Below, in pieces: positions 7,082 to 16,556 of a stretch of DNA of 41,666 bases (positions within the stretch are counted from its first letter, which is position 1; each line of letters begins with the position of its first letter). Origin of the DNA: Lacisediminihabitans sp. Lineage in GTDB: Bacteria > Actinomycetota > Actinomycetes > Actinomycetales > Microbacteriaceae. The position numbers and the translations under genes were made by a program. The stretch is taken from NCBI GenBank assembly GCA_043758345.1, contig JAYVNU010000123.1, positions 1-41,666 on the forward strand, read 5' to 3'. The notes below the pieces were generated by a model, which saw only the letters and a program-made list of their open reading frames with translations, ran no database searches and had not been told where the DNA came from.

Positions 7082-8811
7082 GGCTCGCCCTCTGCGACCT
7101 CTGAAACCTCGCCATAGCTGGAGCTATGACCCGGCGGACCCCCGCGTAACTCCGTCCCTCGCGGCATAGCTGGAGCTATGGCAGAGGGATGACCGGCCTG
7201 CTGCTGCTGCTCTTGCTGGCCCTGGCCGAGGGTGCGGTCGCGGGGCGCCTGGTCGATGCTGTGCACGTCATGCCCGATGATCGGGATGGACCTGGTGGAT
7301 GTCGCCTGGTCAGCGACGAGCCCCTGGATCGAGTGACGGGACACGATGAGCGGGTCCTCGCCGACCACCCAGGTGTCTTTCGATCCGCCGCCCTGGCTGG
7401 AGTTGACGACGAGTTCGCCTTCCGGGAGCGCGACGCGGGTGAGACCGCCAGGCAGCACCCAGACATCCCTCCCGTCGTTGACGGCGAACGGTCGGAGGTC
7501 GGCATGACGCGGACGCATACCGTCTTCGACGAGGGTCGGGATCGTCGAAAGCTGCACGACCGGCTGAGCGATCCAGCCGCGCGGGTCGGCGAGCAGCGTC
7601 TTGCGGAGCTTTTCGAGCTGCTCCTTGCTCGCCGCCGGACCAACAACGAGGCCCTTGCCGCCGGAGCCATCCACCGGTTTGACGACCAGTTCGTCGAGGC
7701 GGTCGAGCACCTCCTCGAGTGACTGCGGATCTTCGAGCCGCCAGGTATCGACGTTCGGGAGGATCGCCTTCTCGCCGAGGTAGTACTCGATGAGATCGGG
7801 CATGTAGGTGTAGACGAGCTTGTCGTCGGCGACCCCATTGCCGATCGCGTTGGCGATGGTCACATTGCCGAGTCGGGCTGCGAGAAGCAGCCCTGGGCTG
7901 CCGAGCATCGAGTCGGCGCGGAACTGCAACGGGTCGAGGAATTCGTCGTCGACCCGGCGATAGATCACGTCGACCCGGGTCGGACCGGCCGTCGTGCGCA
8001 TCCACACCCGTCCGCCGGAACAGAAGAGATCACGGCCTTCGACGAGTTCGACGCCCATCAGTCGCGCGAGCAGCGTGTGCTCGAAGTAGGCCGAGTTGTA
8101 GACGCCGGGGGTAAGCACGACGATGGTCGGGTCATCCACCCCCTCCGGCGCGCTGGCACGGAGAGCCTGCAGCAGCTTGTGCGGATAGTCGCCGACCGGT
8201 CGAACCCTCATGCTCACGAAGAGTTCCGGGAGGGTTTGCGCCATGACGCGGCGATTCGAGATCACATAGCTGACGCCGCTCGGAACGCGAACATTGTCTT
8301 CGAGCACGCGCCAGGCGCCGACCTCGTCGCGGATCAGGTCGATTCCGGAGACCTGGATTCGCACACCATTCGCCGGCACGATCCCGGCCGCCTCACGGTG
8401 GAAATGGCTCGAAGAGCTGATCAGCGCCGCGGGAATGACGCCGTCCTTGACCGCATCCTGCTTGCCGTAGATGTCGGCGAGAAAGGCTTCGAGCGCTCGA
8501 ACGCGCTGCTTGATGCCGGACTCGACATCCTGCCATTCCTTCAGGTCGATGACGCGAGGAACGGCATCGAGAGGGAAGGGACGTTCCTCGCCGGCGAAAT
8601 CAAAGGTCACGCCCTGAGCGAGATAGGAGCTAGCGAGGGCATCTGTGCGACCACGCAACTCTTCCTGCGTCATCTGCGCGAGGGCCGCGTGGATCTCCTT
8701 GTATGGCCCGCGAACGGTCGACGGCAGGGAGAACATTTCGTCCCACGGCGACGTTCCGGTCTTCCGACCCTTCGCGGCCTGGGCGCCATATCCGTCGAAC
8801 AGGCCTTCCAT
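7075..8811 (-). CDS. Circularly permuted type 2 ATP-grasp protein
   Basis: Motifs VLEDNVRVPSGVSY, NSAYFEH, GNGVADDK, VVKPVDGSGG, PGGLTRVAL and NSSQGGGSKDTW. Start moved to ATG 8811 (MEGLFDGY), 7 nt after a -10-like TAGGCT. Has a Gln-rich tail. Confidence 0.92.
   Translation of the reverse strand: MEGLFDGYGAQAAKGRKTGTSPWDEMFSLPSTVRGPYKEIHAALAQMTQEELRGRTDALASSYLAQGVTFDFAGEERPFPLDAVPRVIDLKEWQDVESGIKQRVRALEAFLADIYGKQDAVKDGVIPAALISSSSHFHREAAGIVPANGVRIQVSGIDLIRDEVGAWRVLEDNVRVPSGVSYVISNRRVMAQTLPELFVSMRVRPVGDYPHKLLQALRASAPEGVDDPTIVVLTPGVYNSAYFEHTLLARLMGVELVEGRDLFCSGGRVWMRTTAGPTRVDVIYRRVDDEFLDPLQFRADSMLGSPGLLLAARLGNVTIANAIGNGVADDKLVYTYMPDLIEYYLGEKAILPNVDTWRLEDPQSLEEVLDRLDELVVKPVDGSGGKGLVVGPAASKEQLEKLRKTLLADPRGWIAQPVVQLSTIPTLVEDGMRPRHADLRPFAVNDGRDVWVLPGGLTRVALPEGELVVNSSQGGGSKDTWVVGEDPLIVSRHSIQGLVADQATSTRSIPIIGHDVHSIDQAPRDRTLGQGQQEQQQQAGHPSAIAPAMPRGTELRGGPPGHSSSYGEVSEVAEGEPC
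7111..7182. repeat. Family E element (CATAGCTGGAGCTATG hairpins) inside the ATP-grasp 3' end
   Basis: Hairpin motif at 7113-7128 and 7165-7180. The segment CGGACCCCCGC...CATAGCTGGAGCTATGGCAG aligns with intergenic 19653-19702. Confidence 0.75.
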
Positions 8812-8937
8812 GGATGTGAGCCTACTGTCGGGATGTTGCCGAGTTGTTTCCGGCGCGACACCGGGGTTTTGGGAGCTCCTCGCCAGGGATCCATCGGTTC
8901 GAAAAGTGCGCTCGTCGCGAGGCCCTACTGTCGAAGG

Positions 8938-9843
8938 ATGTCCGCCGCCATGCCAGCCGAGCCACGCCATGGCGCGCTCGCGGCCGCCGGTCTCATCGTC
9001 GTGGGCCTCGCCTGCCAGGAGATCGGGGCATCCTGCGCCGTACTGCTGTTTCCGGCGGTCGGCGCCGTCGGCACGGTCACACTGCGGCTCTTCTTCTCCG
9101 CGCTCGTGCTGGTCATCGCCTGTCGACCGAGGCTCCGCGGCCACAGCCGGTCGGACTGGATGACCCTGGTCGGCTTCGGACTGGCCCTCGCCGGCATGAA
9201 CCTACTGTTCTATCTGGCGCTGTCCCGACTCCACCTCGGTGCGACCGTCACCATCGAGGTGCTCGGACCGCTCGTGCTGTCGGTGGTGACCAGTCGTCGC
9301 GCATCCGCCTGGATCTGGGCGGTGCTCGCGTTCCTCGGGGTGGCGCTGCTGAGCCGGGGCGGATTCGGCGGGTTCGACCCCGTCGGCGTCGCCTACGCGT
9401 TCGGTGCCGCCGCGCTCTGGGCGGGGTACATCCTGCTGTCGAAGCGCACCGGTGGACGCTTCGACGGGCTCGACGGGCTCGCCATCGCGATGAGCATCGG
9501 GGCGCTGGTCACGCTGCCGTTCGGGCTGCTGACGGCCGGGCCGAATATCCTGCACCTCGACATCCTCGGCATCGGAGCCGCCGTCGCTCTTCTCTCTTCA
9601 GCCATCCCCTACGGCTTCGAGCTGTTCTCCCTTCGCCGCATTCCCGCCGCGACGTTCTCGATCCTGATGAGCATCTCGCCCGCGCTCGCGACACTCGCCG
9701 GATTCATCATCCTGCACCAACGGATCTCGCTGCTCGACGGGGTCGCCATCGCGATCGTCGTCGCGGCGAGCGCCGGGGCGGTGCGGGGTTCCGCGACGCG
9801 GCGCCCACCCGCCGGGCCGCAGCTGCTGGGCGAGGCCGGGTAG
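8938..9843 (+). CDS. EamA/DMT family transporter (RhtA-like threonine/homoserine exporter)
   Basis: Real coding part of the long ORF 8077-9843. About 10 TM helices, motifs GMNLLFY, TIEVLGPL, LWAGYIL and SSAIPYGFE. A -10-like TACTGT lies 6 nt before ATG 8938. Confidence 0.88.
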   Translation: MSAAMPAEPRHGALAAAGLIVVGLACQEIGASCAVLLFPAVGAVGTVTLRLFFSALVLVIACRPRLRGHSRSDWMTLVGFGLALAGMNLLFYLALSRLHLGATVTIEVLGPLVLSVVTSRRASAWIWAVLAFLGVALLSRGGFGGFDPVGVAYAFGAAALWAGYILLSKRTGGRFDGLDGLAIAMSIGALVTLPFGLLTAGPNILHLDILGIGAAVALLSSAIPYGFELFSLRRIPAATFSILMSISPALATLAGFIILHQRISLLDGVAIAIVVAASAGAVRGSATRRPPAGPQLLGEAG

Positions 9844-9871
9844 CTCGGACGGCCCCGTCCCCGGCTCGCCC

Positions 9872-9970
9872 GGTTCACAACTCATGCAGTTCGGGCGATG
9901 ACTGCCGCCGCACTCCCGGAAACACGGGGTGGGGGGTTGGCGCGGCAGCAAAGCGCAGGAGTTATGCACC
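9872..9970. repeat. 99-bp palindromic element, family B, copy 1
   Basis: Ends GGTTCACAACTCATGCAGTT / AAGCGCAGGAGTTATGCACC. The central CCGGAAACACGGGGTGGGGG is shared with copy 2. Confidence 0.82.
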
Positions 9971-10052
9971 AGGGACGGCCGGGACGTCGATCGAGGGGGC
10001 GGTGCCGAAGCGGGGTCGGCTGGGTCTGGTGTTCGCAGCCCCCGGCTCGCGC

Positions 10053-10151
10053 GATTCACAACTCCTGCAGTTTGGCCGAAGACCACGGGTGGACCTCCGG
10101 AAACACGGGGTGGGGGCTCGGGGCGGCAGCAAACTGCATGAGTTATGCACC
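10053..10151. repeat. 99-bp palindromic element, family B, copy 2
   Basis: Ends GATTCACAACTCCTGCAGTTT / AAACTGCATGAGTTATGCACC. Both copies are preceded by CCCCGGCTCGC. Confidence 0.82.
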
Positions 10152-10200
10152 ACCGGGGCGGAAGCGGGAGCGCGAGCGGGAGCCGGGCAGAAGCGCGAGC

Positions 10201-10270
10201 GGGACGGGACGGGACGGGACGTGCGAGTGGGCGGGGCGGGCGGGACGGGACGGGTGGGCGGGGGCGGGGA
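10201..10270 (+). repeat. GGGAC/GGGC G-tract simple repeat
   Basis: (GGGAC)4 at 10201-10220, followed by further GGG tracts up to about 10270. Confidence 0.7.
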
Positions 10271-10510
10271 GCGCGGCCGACGGGTCAGCCGAGCAGAGTG
10301 CTGAGCGCCGAGTACCCGTCTGGTGCACCGAGCTGGGAGTTGACCGCGCCGGAATAACAGAGACTGCAAAGCGGCGGGCGCGAGCGGAGACGGGGGCGAT
10401 GAGCGTCTCGGTCATAGGTCCGTCATGCGATAGATGGCTGGAATCCGTGAGCGACGGGAGAAGATGCGACTAAGAGGCGATCGGACCAGGACGCGCACCC
10501 GCACGGCGTG

Positions 10511-11515
10511 CTACCTCCCCGTGCTCTCCCGCACCACGAGTTCCGGCTGAAAGACGATGCGACGGGGCTGGAGTGAGGCATCCGCCGCCTCTTCGAGCAG
10601 GATCTCCACCGCGGTCGCGCCGATCATCGCACTCGGCTGGCGGATGGAGGACAGCGGCACGACCGCGGCACTCGCGAAGTCGATGTCGTCGTAGCCGATC
10701 AGCGCGATGTCCCGGGGGACGTGAAGCGCCCCCCCCATGTTGAGGGCCTGCAACACCCCCATGGCGATGAGGTCGTTCGCGGCGAAGACCGCGTCGGGCC
10801 GGTCGTCGGGAGGTCGCAAGAGCAGCGCGTTGCCGGCCGCCCGACCCTCGATCACGCTGAGCGCCCGGGTCTCGATTACTTCGAGCGTGACCTCCGGATG
10901 CGCCAAGACCGCCGAGCGCGCGCCCTCGAGCCGATCGGTAACCTGCCTGATCTCGCGCGGCCCACCGACGAAGGCAATGCGCCGCCGCCCCAACCCGATG
11001 AGGTGGTCGACGGCGAGGAGGCCCCCGGCGACGTCGTCCACGGAGACGGAACTGAATGACGCGTCGACACTTGTGCGGTCGACCAGCACGGCGGGGATCC
11101 CACGCTCCCGGAGGCGGCGGAGGCGTGCGGTGACATCGCCGAACGGGGAGATCAGCACCCCGTGCATCCGCTGCTCCTCGAACAGGTCGAGATAACTCGA
11201 TTCCCGCTCGGCCCGCTCGTCGCTGTTGCCGAGGATGATCGACAGCCCCGCCTTCGACGCACGATCTTCTGCCCCGCGGGCGAGGTCGGTGAAGAACGGA
11301 TTCCCGATGTCGAGGATGACGAGGCCGATCGCGTGACTGCGCCCGGCCCGAAGCTGCCGCGCCGCGTCATTGCGCACGAAGCCGAGTTCGTCGATGGCCT
11401 GCTGCACCCGTTGGACGGTCGCCGACGTCACCTTGTCGGGCCAGTTCATGACGTTCGAGACCGTGCCGACCGAGACGCCAGCGCGCGCCGCCACATCTTT
11501 CACGCTCACCGACAT
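10511..11515 (-). CDS. LacI family transcriptional regulator of the rhamnose cluster
   Basis: HTH SVKDVAARAGVSVGTVSNVMN, plus NPFF, ANDLIAMG and IGYDD. Divergent from the rha ABC operon. Start moved to ATG 11515. Confidence 0.92.
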   Translation of the reverse strand: MSVSVKDVAARAGVSVGTVSNVMNWPDKVTSATVQRVQQAIDELGFVRNDAARQLRAGRSHAIGLVILDIGNPFFTDLARGAEDRASKAGLSIILGNSDERAERESSYLDLFEEQRMHGVLISPFGDVTARLRRLRERGIPAVLVDRTSVDASFSSVSVDDVAGGLLAVDHLIGLGRRRIAFVGGPREIRQVTDRLEGARSAVLAHPEVTLEVIETRALSVIEGRAAGNALLLRPPDDRPDAVFAANDLIAMGVLQALNMGGALHVPRDIALIGYDDIDFASAAVVPLSSIRQPSAMIGATAVEILLEEAADASLQPRRIVFQPELVVRESTGR

Positions 11516-11594
11516 CCATTGTCCCGTCGCCCAGGGGTGGTCACCCACCCGCCTGTCTGCATCATGCCAGAGTTTGCCCCGCCACAACTCGTTA

Positions 11595-11676
11595 CTGGAA
11601 CGATTCATTTTCTGACTTGACGCATCGCCCCGAGTCGCCATAGAGTGCAACAGGTCCCATTCTTAAAACGATTCAA
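11595..11676 (+). promoter_or_regulatory. rha ABC operon promoter flanked by two LacI-type operators
   Basis: CTGGAACGATTCAT (11595-11608), -35 TTGACG (11617-11622), 18-bp spacer, -10 TAGAGT (11641-11646), TTAAAACGATTCAA (11663-11676). RBS GAGGAGG lies at about 11687. Confidence 0.75.
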
Positions 11677-11704
11677 TCACCTCAATGAGGAGGATCCGCC
11701 GTTC

Positions 11705-13243
11705 ATGACGTCGCCCACCGTCACGCCACTGCTGCTGCTCAGCGGAGCCACCAAGTCCTTCGGCGCGGTCGCCGCCCTCACCGATGGCAGCATCGAGATC
11801 CGCTCGGGTGAAATCCACGCTCTCGTCGGAGAGAACGGCGCGGGCAAGTCGACGCTCGTGAAGATCCTCGCCGGCGTTCACCAGCCCGACACCGGGGTAT
11901 TCCAGGTCGCCGGAGCCGACGTCGCGTTCCGCAGCCCCGCCGACAGCAAGGCCGCCGGGATCTCCGTCATCTACCAGGAGCCGACGCTGTTCCCCGACCT
12001 CACCGTCGCAGAGAACATCTTCATCGGCCGCCAGCCGCGGGGTCGCCTCGGATTCATCGACCGTGCGGAAATGCGTCGGCAGGCGAGGGAACTGTTCGCG
12101 AGGCTCGGCGTGCCGATCGACCCCAACCGCATCGCCGACGGCCTCTCCATCGCCGACCAGCAGATCATCGAGATCGCGAAGGCCATCTCGCTCGACGCCA
12201 GCGTGCTCGTAATGGATGAACCGACCGCAGCCCTCAGCGGCGTCGAGGTCGATCGACTCTTCGCCGTCGCGCGCAGCCTCCGTGAGCGCGGAACGGGCAT
12301 CCTCTTCATCTCGCATCGCTTCGATGAGGTCTTCGACCTCTGCGACCGCATCACCGTCATGCGCGACGGCGCATTCATCGCAACGCACGACACCCCCGAC
12401 ATCACCGTCGACGGGCTGGTGCGGGAGATGGTCGGCCGCGACATCGCGACACTCTTCCCCAAGCAAGATGCCGAGATCGGCGCTGCGGTGCTCTCGGTGA
12501 GCGGCCTCACGAGAAACGGGGTGTTCAGCAACATCAGCTTCGACGTGCACGCCGGCGAGATCGTCGCGTTGTCCGGACTGGTCGGCGCCGGTCGTACGGA
12601 GGTCGCCAGGGCGATCTTCGGCATCGACCGCTACGACAGCGGCTCCGTGACGATCGGCGGGAAAGCGCTCAAGGGTCACTCACCCCAGGCCGCGATCGAC
12701 GCCGGAATGGGATTCGTGCCCGAAGATCGCCGCAAGCAGGGCCTCGTGATGGATCTCTCGGTCGCCCGCAACGCCACACTGACCCTGCGAAAGCAACTGG
12801 CCAGGTTCGGCATCATCGACTCGCGGCGTGAGCATGCCTCCGCGCTGGAGTGGACGAAACGGCTGCAGGTGAAGACCGGATCCCACGACTTGTCGGTCGC
12901 GACCCTCTCGGGCGGAAACCAGCAGAAGGTGGTCATCGCAAAGTGGCTCGCCACGAGTCCGAAGCTGCTCATCGTCGACGAGCCGACCCGCGGGATCGAC
13001 GTCGGCACGAAGGCCGAAGTGCACCGCCTGATCTCGGAGCTCGCCGTGCAGGGCATCGCGGTGCTCATGATCTCGTCCGAACTGCCCGAGGTGCTCGGGA
13101 TGGCCGACACCATCCTCGTCATGCACGAGGGCGCCATCTCGGCCAGCCTCAACCGTGACGAGGCGACCGCGGAATCCGTGATGCTCGCCGCGAGCGCCAG
13201 CCCGACCCCATCCGAAACCACCCGGGCGGAGACCGTCGCATGA
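11705..13243 (+). CDS. rhaT: Rhamnose/sugar ABC transporter ATP-binding protein (two fused NBDs)
   Basis: Motifs GENGAGKST, MDEPT, LSGGNQQK and DEPTRGIDVG. Start at ATG 11705 after the RBS. Substrate assigned from gene context. Confidence 0.88.
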   Translation: MTSPTVTPLLLLSGATKSFGAVAALTDGSIEIRSGEIHALVGENGAGKSTLVKILAGVHQPDTGVFQVAGADVAFRSPADSKAAGISVIYQEPTLFPDLTVAENIFIGRQPRGRLGFIDRAEMRRQARELFARLGVPIDPNRIADGLSIADQQIIEIAKAISLDASVLVMDEPTAALSGVEVDRLFAVARSLRERGTGILFISHRFDEVFDLCDRITVMRDGAFIATHDTPDITVDGLVREMVGRDIATLFPKQDAEIGAAVLSVSGLTRNGVFSNISFDVHAGEIVALSGLVGAGRTEVARAIFGIDRYDSGSVTIGGKALKGHSPQAAIDAGMGFVPEDRRKQGLVMDLSVARNATLTLRKQLARFGIIDSRREHASALEWTKRLQVKTGSHDLSVATLSGGNQQKVVIAKWLATSPKLLIVDEPTRGIDVGTKAEVHRLISELAVQGIAVLMISSELPEVLGMADTILVMHEGAISASLNRDEATAESVMLAASASPTPSETTRAETVA

Positions 13244-14274
13244 GCCAGCAGGTGCTCGCCCCCGTCATCCACGAGGGGCACGCCGGACGCACATTCGGTC
13301 GCATCTTCGTCTCGCGGGAGTTCTCCGTCTTCGCCGCCCTCGCCGTGCTCGTGATCGTCACGGTGGTGGTCAACCCGCGCTTCCTGTCCGGACAGGGCGT
13401 CAAAGACCTCCTGCTCAATTCGACGATCTTCGTGATCATGGCGGTCGGCCTCGCGCTCGTGGTGATCACCAACAACGTCGACCTGTCGATCGGCTCGATT
13501 CTCGGCCTTGCCGCCTTCGGTACCGGCTCGCTGTTCCATGCGTTCCCGAGCATCCCGATCGTGCTCGTCTTCCTCATCGGGATGGCTTTCGGCGCGGTTC
13601 TCGGGGCGGTCAACGGCCTCGTCGTCACGATCGCGGGGGTGCCTTCCCTCGTGATCACCCTCGGAACGCTGTACATCTTCCGCGGCATCAGCAATGCCTG
13701 GGCCGGAAGCACGCAGTACTTCATCGGCAACGAACCGGCTGCGTTCGGCAACCTGTCGGTTCAGACCCTGTTCGGAATCCCGCTCTTCGCGATCGCGGCG
13801 CTCATCGTCGTCATCATCGGCGCGGTCTTCATGTTCTCGACGCGGGCGGGCCGCGATCTCTACGCGATCGGCTCGGACACGGATGCCGCCCGCCTGTTCG
13901 GCATCAGGGTCAACGCCCGCGTCGTCGGCGCGTTCATCGCGAGCGGGGCGCTGAGTGGTCTCGCCGGCGTGCTCTACGCGTCCCGATTCAACTCGGTCGG
14001 CGCCGACACCGGCACCGGCTTCGAGCTGCAGATCGTGGCGGCCGTCGTCGTCGGTGGCGTTGCGATCTTCGGGGGAAGCGGCACGGTGACGGGAGCCGCG
14101 ATCGGCGCGGTACTGCTCACCACCATGACCGGCGCGCTCGCCGCCCTCAATGTGAGCAAATTCTGGCAGCAGGCCATCGTCGGTGTGTTGATCATCGCCG
14201 CGATCCTGCTCGACCGGATCCTGTCCATCAGAACCGCCCGCAAGTTGAGGGCGAGCGAGGCCCGCAATGTCTGA
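13240..14274 (+). CDS. rhaP: Sugar ABC transporter permease (RbsC family)
   Basis: Hydrophobic protein with VDLSIGS, GRDLYAIGSD and GFELQIVAAVVVGG. ATGA overlap with the ATPase gene. Confidence 0.85.
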   Translation: MSQQVLAPVIHEGHAGRTFGRIFVSREFSVFAALAVLVIVTVVVNPRFLSGQGVKDLLLNSTIFVIMAVGLALVVITNNVDLSIGSILGLAAFGTGSLFHAFPSIPIVLVFLIGMAFGAVLGAVNGLVVTIAGVPSLVITLGTLYIFRGISNAWAGSTQYFIGNEPAAFGNLSVQTLFGIPLFAIAALIVVIIGAVFMFSTRAGRDLYAIGSDTDAARLFGIRVNARVVGAFIASGALSGLAGVLYASRFNSVGADTGTGFELQIVAAVVVGGVAIFGGSGTVTGAAIGAVLLTTMTGALAALNVSKFWQQAIVGVLIIAAILLDRILSIRTARKLRASEARNV

Positions 14275-15355
14275 GACCCCGACGATGACCCCGAAGCCGA
14301 CGTCCGGTTCGATGCCGAGGACCACGGCGACGGCCGCACCCGTCAAGGCGAAGAGCGCCGCTCGCCGCCTGCTGCTCGGCCGCAACGCGAATTCGGTCTA
14401 CGTTCTCTTGCTGATCGTGATCCTCGCCAGCCTCCTCGTGCCGTACTTCGCCGGCACTGCCACCGTGAGCTTCCTGCTCATCGACGCCATCCCGATCCTC
14501 CTCATGGCGATGCCGATGGCGCTGATCATCATCAGCGGTGAGATCGACCTCTCCGTCGCGAGCACCGCCGGCCTCTCGGCCGCCACCATGGGAGTGCTTT
14601 TCCACAACCAGCACTGGAACATCTGGTGGGTGTTCGTCGCCTGCATCGTCATCGGGGTGCTCTGCGGCGCCTTCAACGGCGTGCTCATCACCACGTTCGG
14701 CCTTCCGTCGCTCGCGGTGACGATCGGCACGCTCGCGCTGTTCCGCGGCCTCGCACTCGTCGTGATCGGCGACAGTGCGGTCGCCGATTTCCCGACCGAT
14801 TTGACCACTTTCGCAACATCCACCATCGGGGCGACCGGCATCCCGACATTCATGATCTTCGTTGCCATCGTCGTTATCGTGTTCGCCGTTATCCTGCACT
14901 TCACGCCGTTCGGGCGCGCACTCTACGCCCTCGGGTTCAGCACTGAGGCCGCGAGCTTCGTCGGTATCCGGGTGAACCGTTCGAAGTTCTGGCTCTACGT
15001 CGCGAGCGGCGGAATCTCGGCGTTCGCCGGCATCTTCTGGGTGCTGCGCTACTCGAGCGCGCAGAGCGACAGCGTCTCCGGCCTCGAACTCAGTGTCGTC
15101 GCGGCCGTGCTGCTCGGCGGCGTCTCGATCTTCGGTGGATCCGGCGGAATCGTCGGTGTCGTCGCCGGCGTTCTCATCATCCGCACCGTCAATTACTCGC
15201 TGCAACTCGCCGGACTCCCGGACACCGTACTGACCATCGTCACCGGCACACTTCTTGTGCTCTCGGTGATCGCGCCGAGCGTCTCGGCGCGCATCCGTCG
15301 GTCGGCCGAGAAACGGCGCAATCGAAGCATCACCCGGGAGGCCCCTTCCGTCTGA
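14267..15355 (+). CDS. rhaQ: Sugar ABC transporter permease (RbsC family)
   Basis: Motifs GEIDLSVAS, FGRALYALG and GLELSVVAAVLLGGVSIFGG. Confidence 0.85.
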   Translation: MSETPTMTPKPTSGSMPRTTATAAPVKAKSAARRLLLGRNANSVYVLLLIVILASLLVPYFAGTATVSFLLIDAIPILLMAMPMALIIISGEIDLSVASTAGLSAATMGVLFHNQHWNIWWVFVACIVIGVLCGAFNGVLITTFGLPSLAVTIGTLALFRGLALVVIGDSAVADFPTDLTTFATSTIGATGIPTFMIFVAIVVIVFAVILHFTPFGRALYALGFSTEAASFVGIRVNRSKFWLYVASGGISAFAGIFWVLRYSSAQSDSVSGLELSVVAAVLLGGVSIFGGSGGIVGVVAGVLIIRTVNYSLQLAGLPDTVLTIVTGTLLVLSVIAPSVSARIRRSAEKRRNRSITREAPSV

Positions 15356-15418
15356 CCTGCGGACCAACACTGTCGACGCCGAGCACCCGGCGACGATTCC
15401 ACGAAGAAAGGGAAAACA

Positions 15419-16483
15419 ATGAAGTTATTTCATCTGACGGGGGGCACATCCGTGACCACGCGTCGAGTACTGGCGATCTCCGCAGTGGCGACAGCCGCGG
15501 TCATGGCGCTCGCCGGTTGCGCGAGCAGCGGAACGGGCGGAGCCACGAGCGGGAGCTCATCCAAGTTCAGCATCGCGTTCGTTCCGAAGCAGCTCAACAA
15601 CCCGTACACCGACGTCGAGCTCGGCGGTGGCAAGACGGCCGCCGCAGGCCTCAGCGGAGTGAGCTACTCGGTCGTCGGCCCGAATACGGCGAGCGCATCT
15701 TCCCAGGTCAGCTACATCAACACGTTGACCCAGAAGAAGATCAATGTGATCGCCATCGCCGCGAATGACCCCAACGCGGTCTGCTCCGCCCTCAATCAGG
15801 CGAAGACCGGCGGGGCGAAGATCATCACCTTCGACTCCGACACCGCGAAGGCCTGCCGCAGCCTGTTCATCAACCAGGTCGTGTCGAAGGATGTTGGACT
15901 CATCGAGGTGAAGCAGGTCGCAGAGCAGATCAACTTCCAGGGTGACATCGCGATCCTCTCCGCCACCGCCAACGCGACGAACCAGAACGCCTGGATCGAC
16001 TACATGAAGGCCGAACTGAAGTCGAACCCGAAGTACTCGAAGATCAACCTGGTCGCCACCGTCTACGGCAATGACGACGACACCACGTCGTTCCAGGTCG
16101 CGCAGGGTCTGCTCTCCACGTATCCGAACCTCAAGGGCATCATCTCGCCCACGACGGTCGGCATCGCGGCGACGGCCCGCTACCTCTCGACCTCGTCGTA
16201 CAAGGGCAAGGTCGCGCTGGTCGGACTCGGACTTCCGAACCAGATGCGTGAGTACGTCAAGGACGGCACCGTCAAGGCTTTCGCGCTCTGGGACCCGGCG
16301 AAGATCGGAACGGCAGCGGTCTATGCCGCGAAGGCGCTCGTCGCCGGAACCATCACGGGCAAGGAAGGCGACACCTTCAAGGCCGGCGACCTCGGAACCC
16401 TGAAGGTCGGCGCTGACAACACCGTCATCGTCGGTCCGCCGACCGAGTTCGACGCGTCGAACATCGACAAGTACAACTTCTAA
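15419..16483 (+). CDS. rhaS: Rhamnose ABC transporter substrate-binding lipoprotein
   Basis: Lipobox LAGC, plus PKQLNNPY, LSATANATNQNAWI, GIISPTTVGI and FALWDP typical of RhaS/LsrB-like binding proteins. RBS GAAAGGGA. Confidence 0.85.
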   Translation: MKLFHLTGGTSVTTRRVLAISAVATAAVMALAGCASSGTGGATSGSSSKFSIAFVPKQLNNPYTDVELGGGKTAAAGLSGVSYSVVGPNTASASSQVSYINTLTQKKINVIAIAANDPNAVCSALNQAKTGGAKIITFDSDTAKACRSLFINQVVSKDVGLIEVKQVAEQINFQGDIAILSATANATNQNAWIDYMKAELKSNPKYSKINLVATVYGNDDDTTSFQVAQGLLSTYPNLKGIISPTTVGIAATARYLSTSSYKGKVALVGLGLPNQMREYVKDGTVKAFALWDPAKIGTAAVYAAKALVAGTITGKEGDTFKAGDLGTLKVGADNTVIVGPPTEFDASNIDKYNF

Positions 16484-16492
16484 TAATCTGCT

Positions 16493-16526
16493 CCCGGGCC
16501 CCCCTCTTCACCGAGGGCGGCCCGGG
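16493..16526 (+). terminator. GC-rich hairpin after rhaS (terminator or mRNA stabiliser)
   Basis: CCCGGGCC...CTC-TTCACC-GAG...GGCCCGGG, starting about 10 nt after the stop. No U-tract. Confidence 0.5.
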
Positions 16527-16556
16527 GACATCCCTCAACTTCTTCCGGAGATCTCG

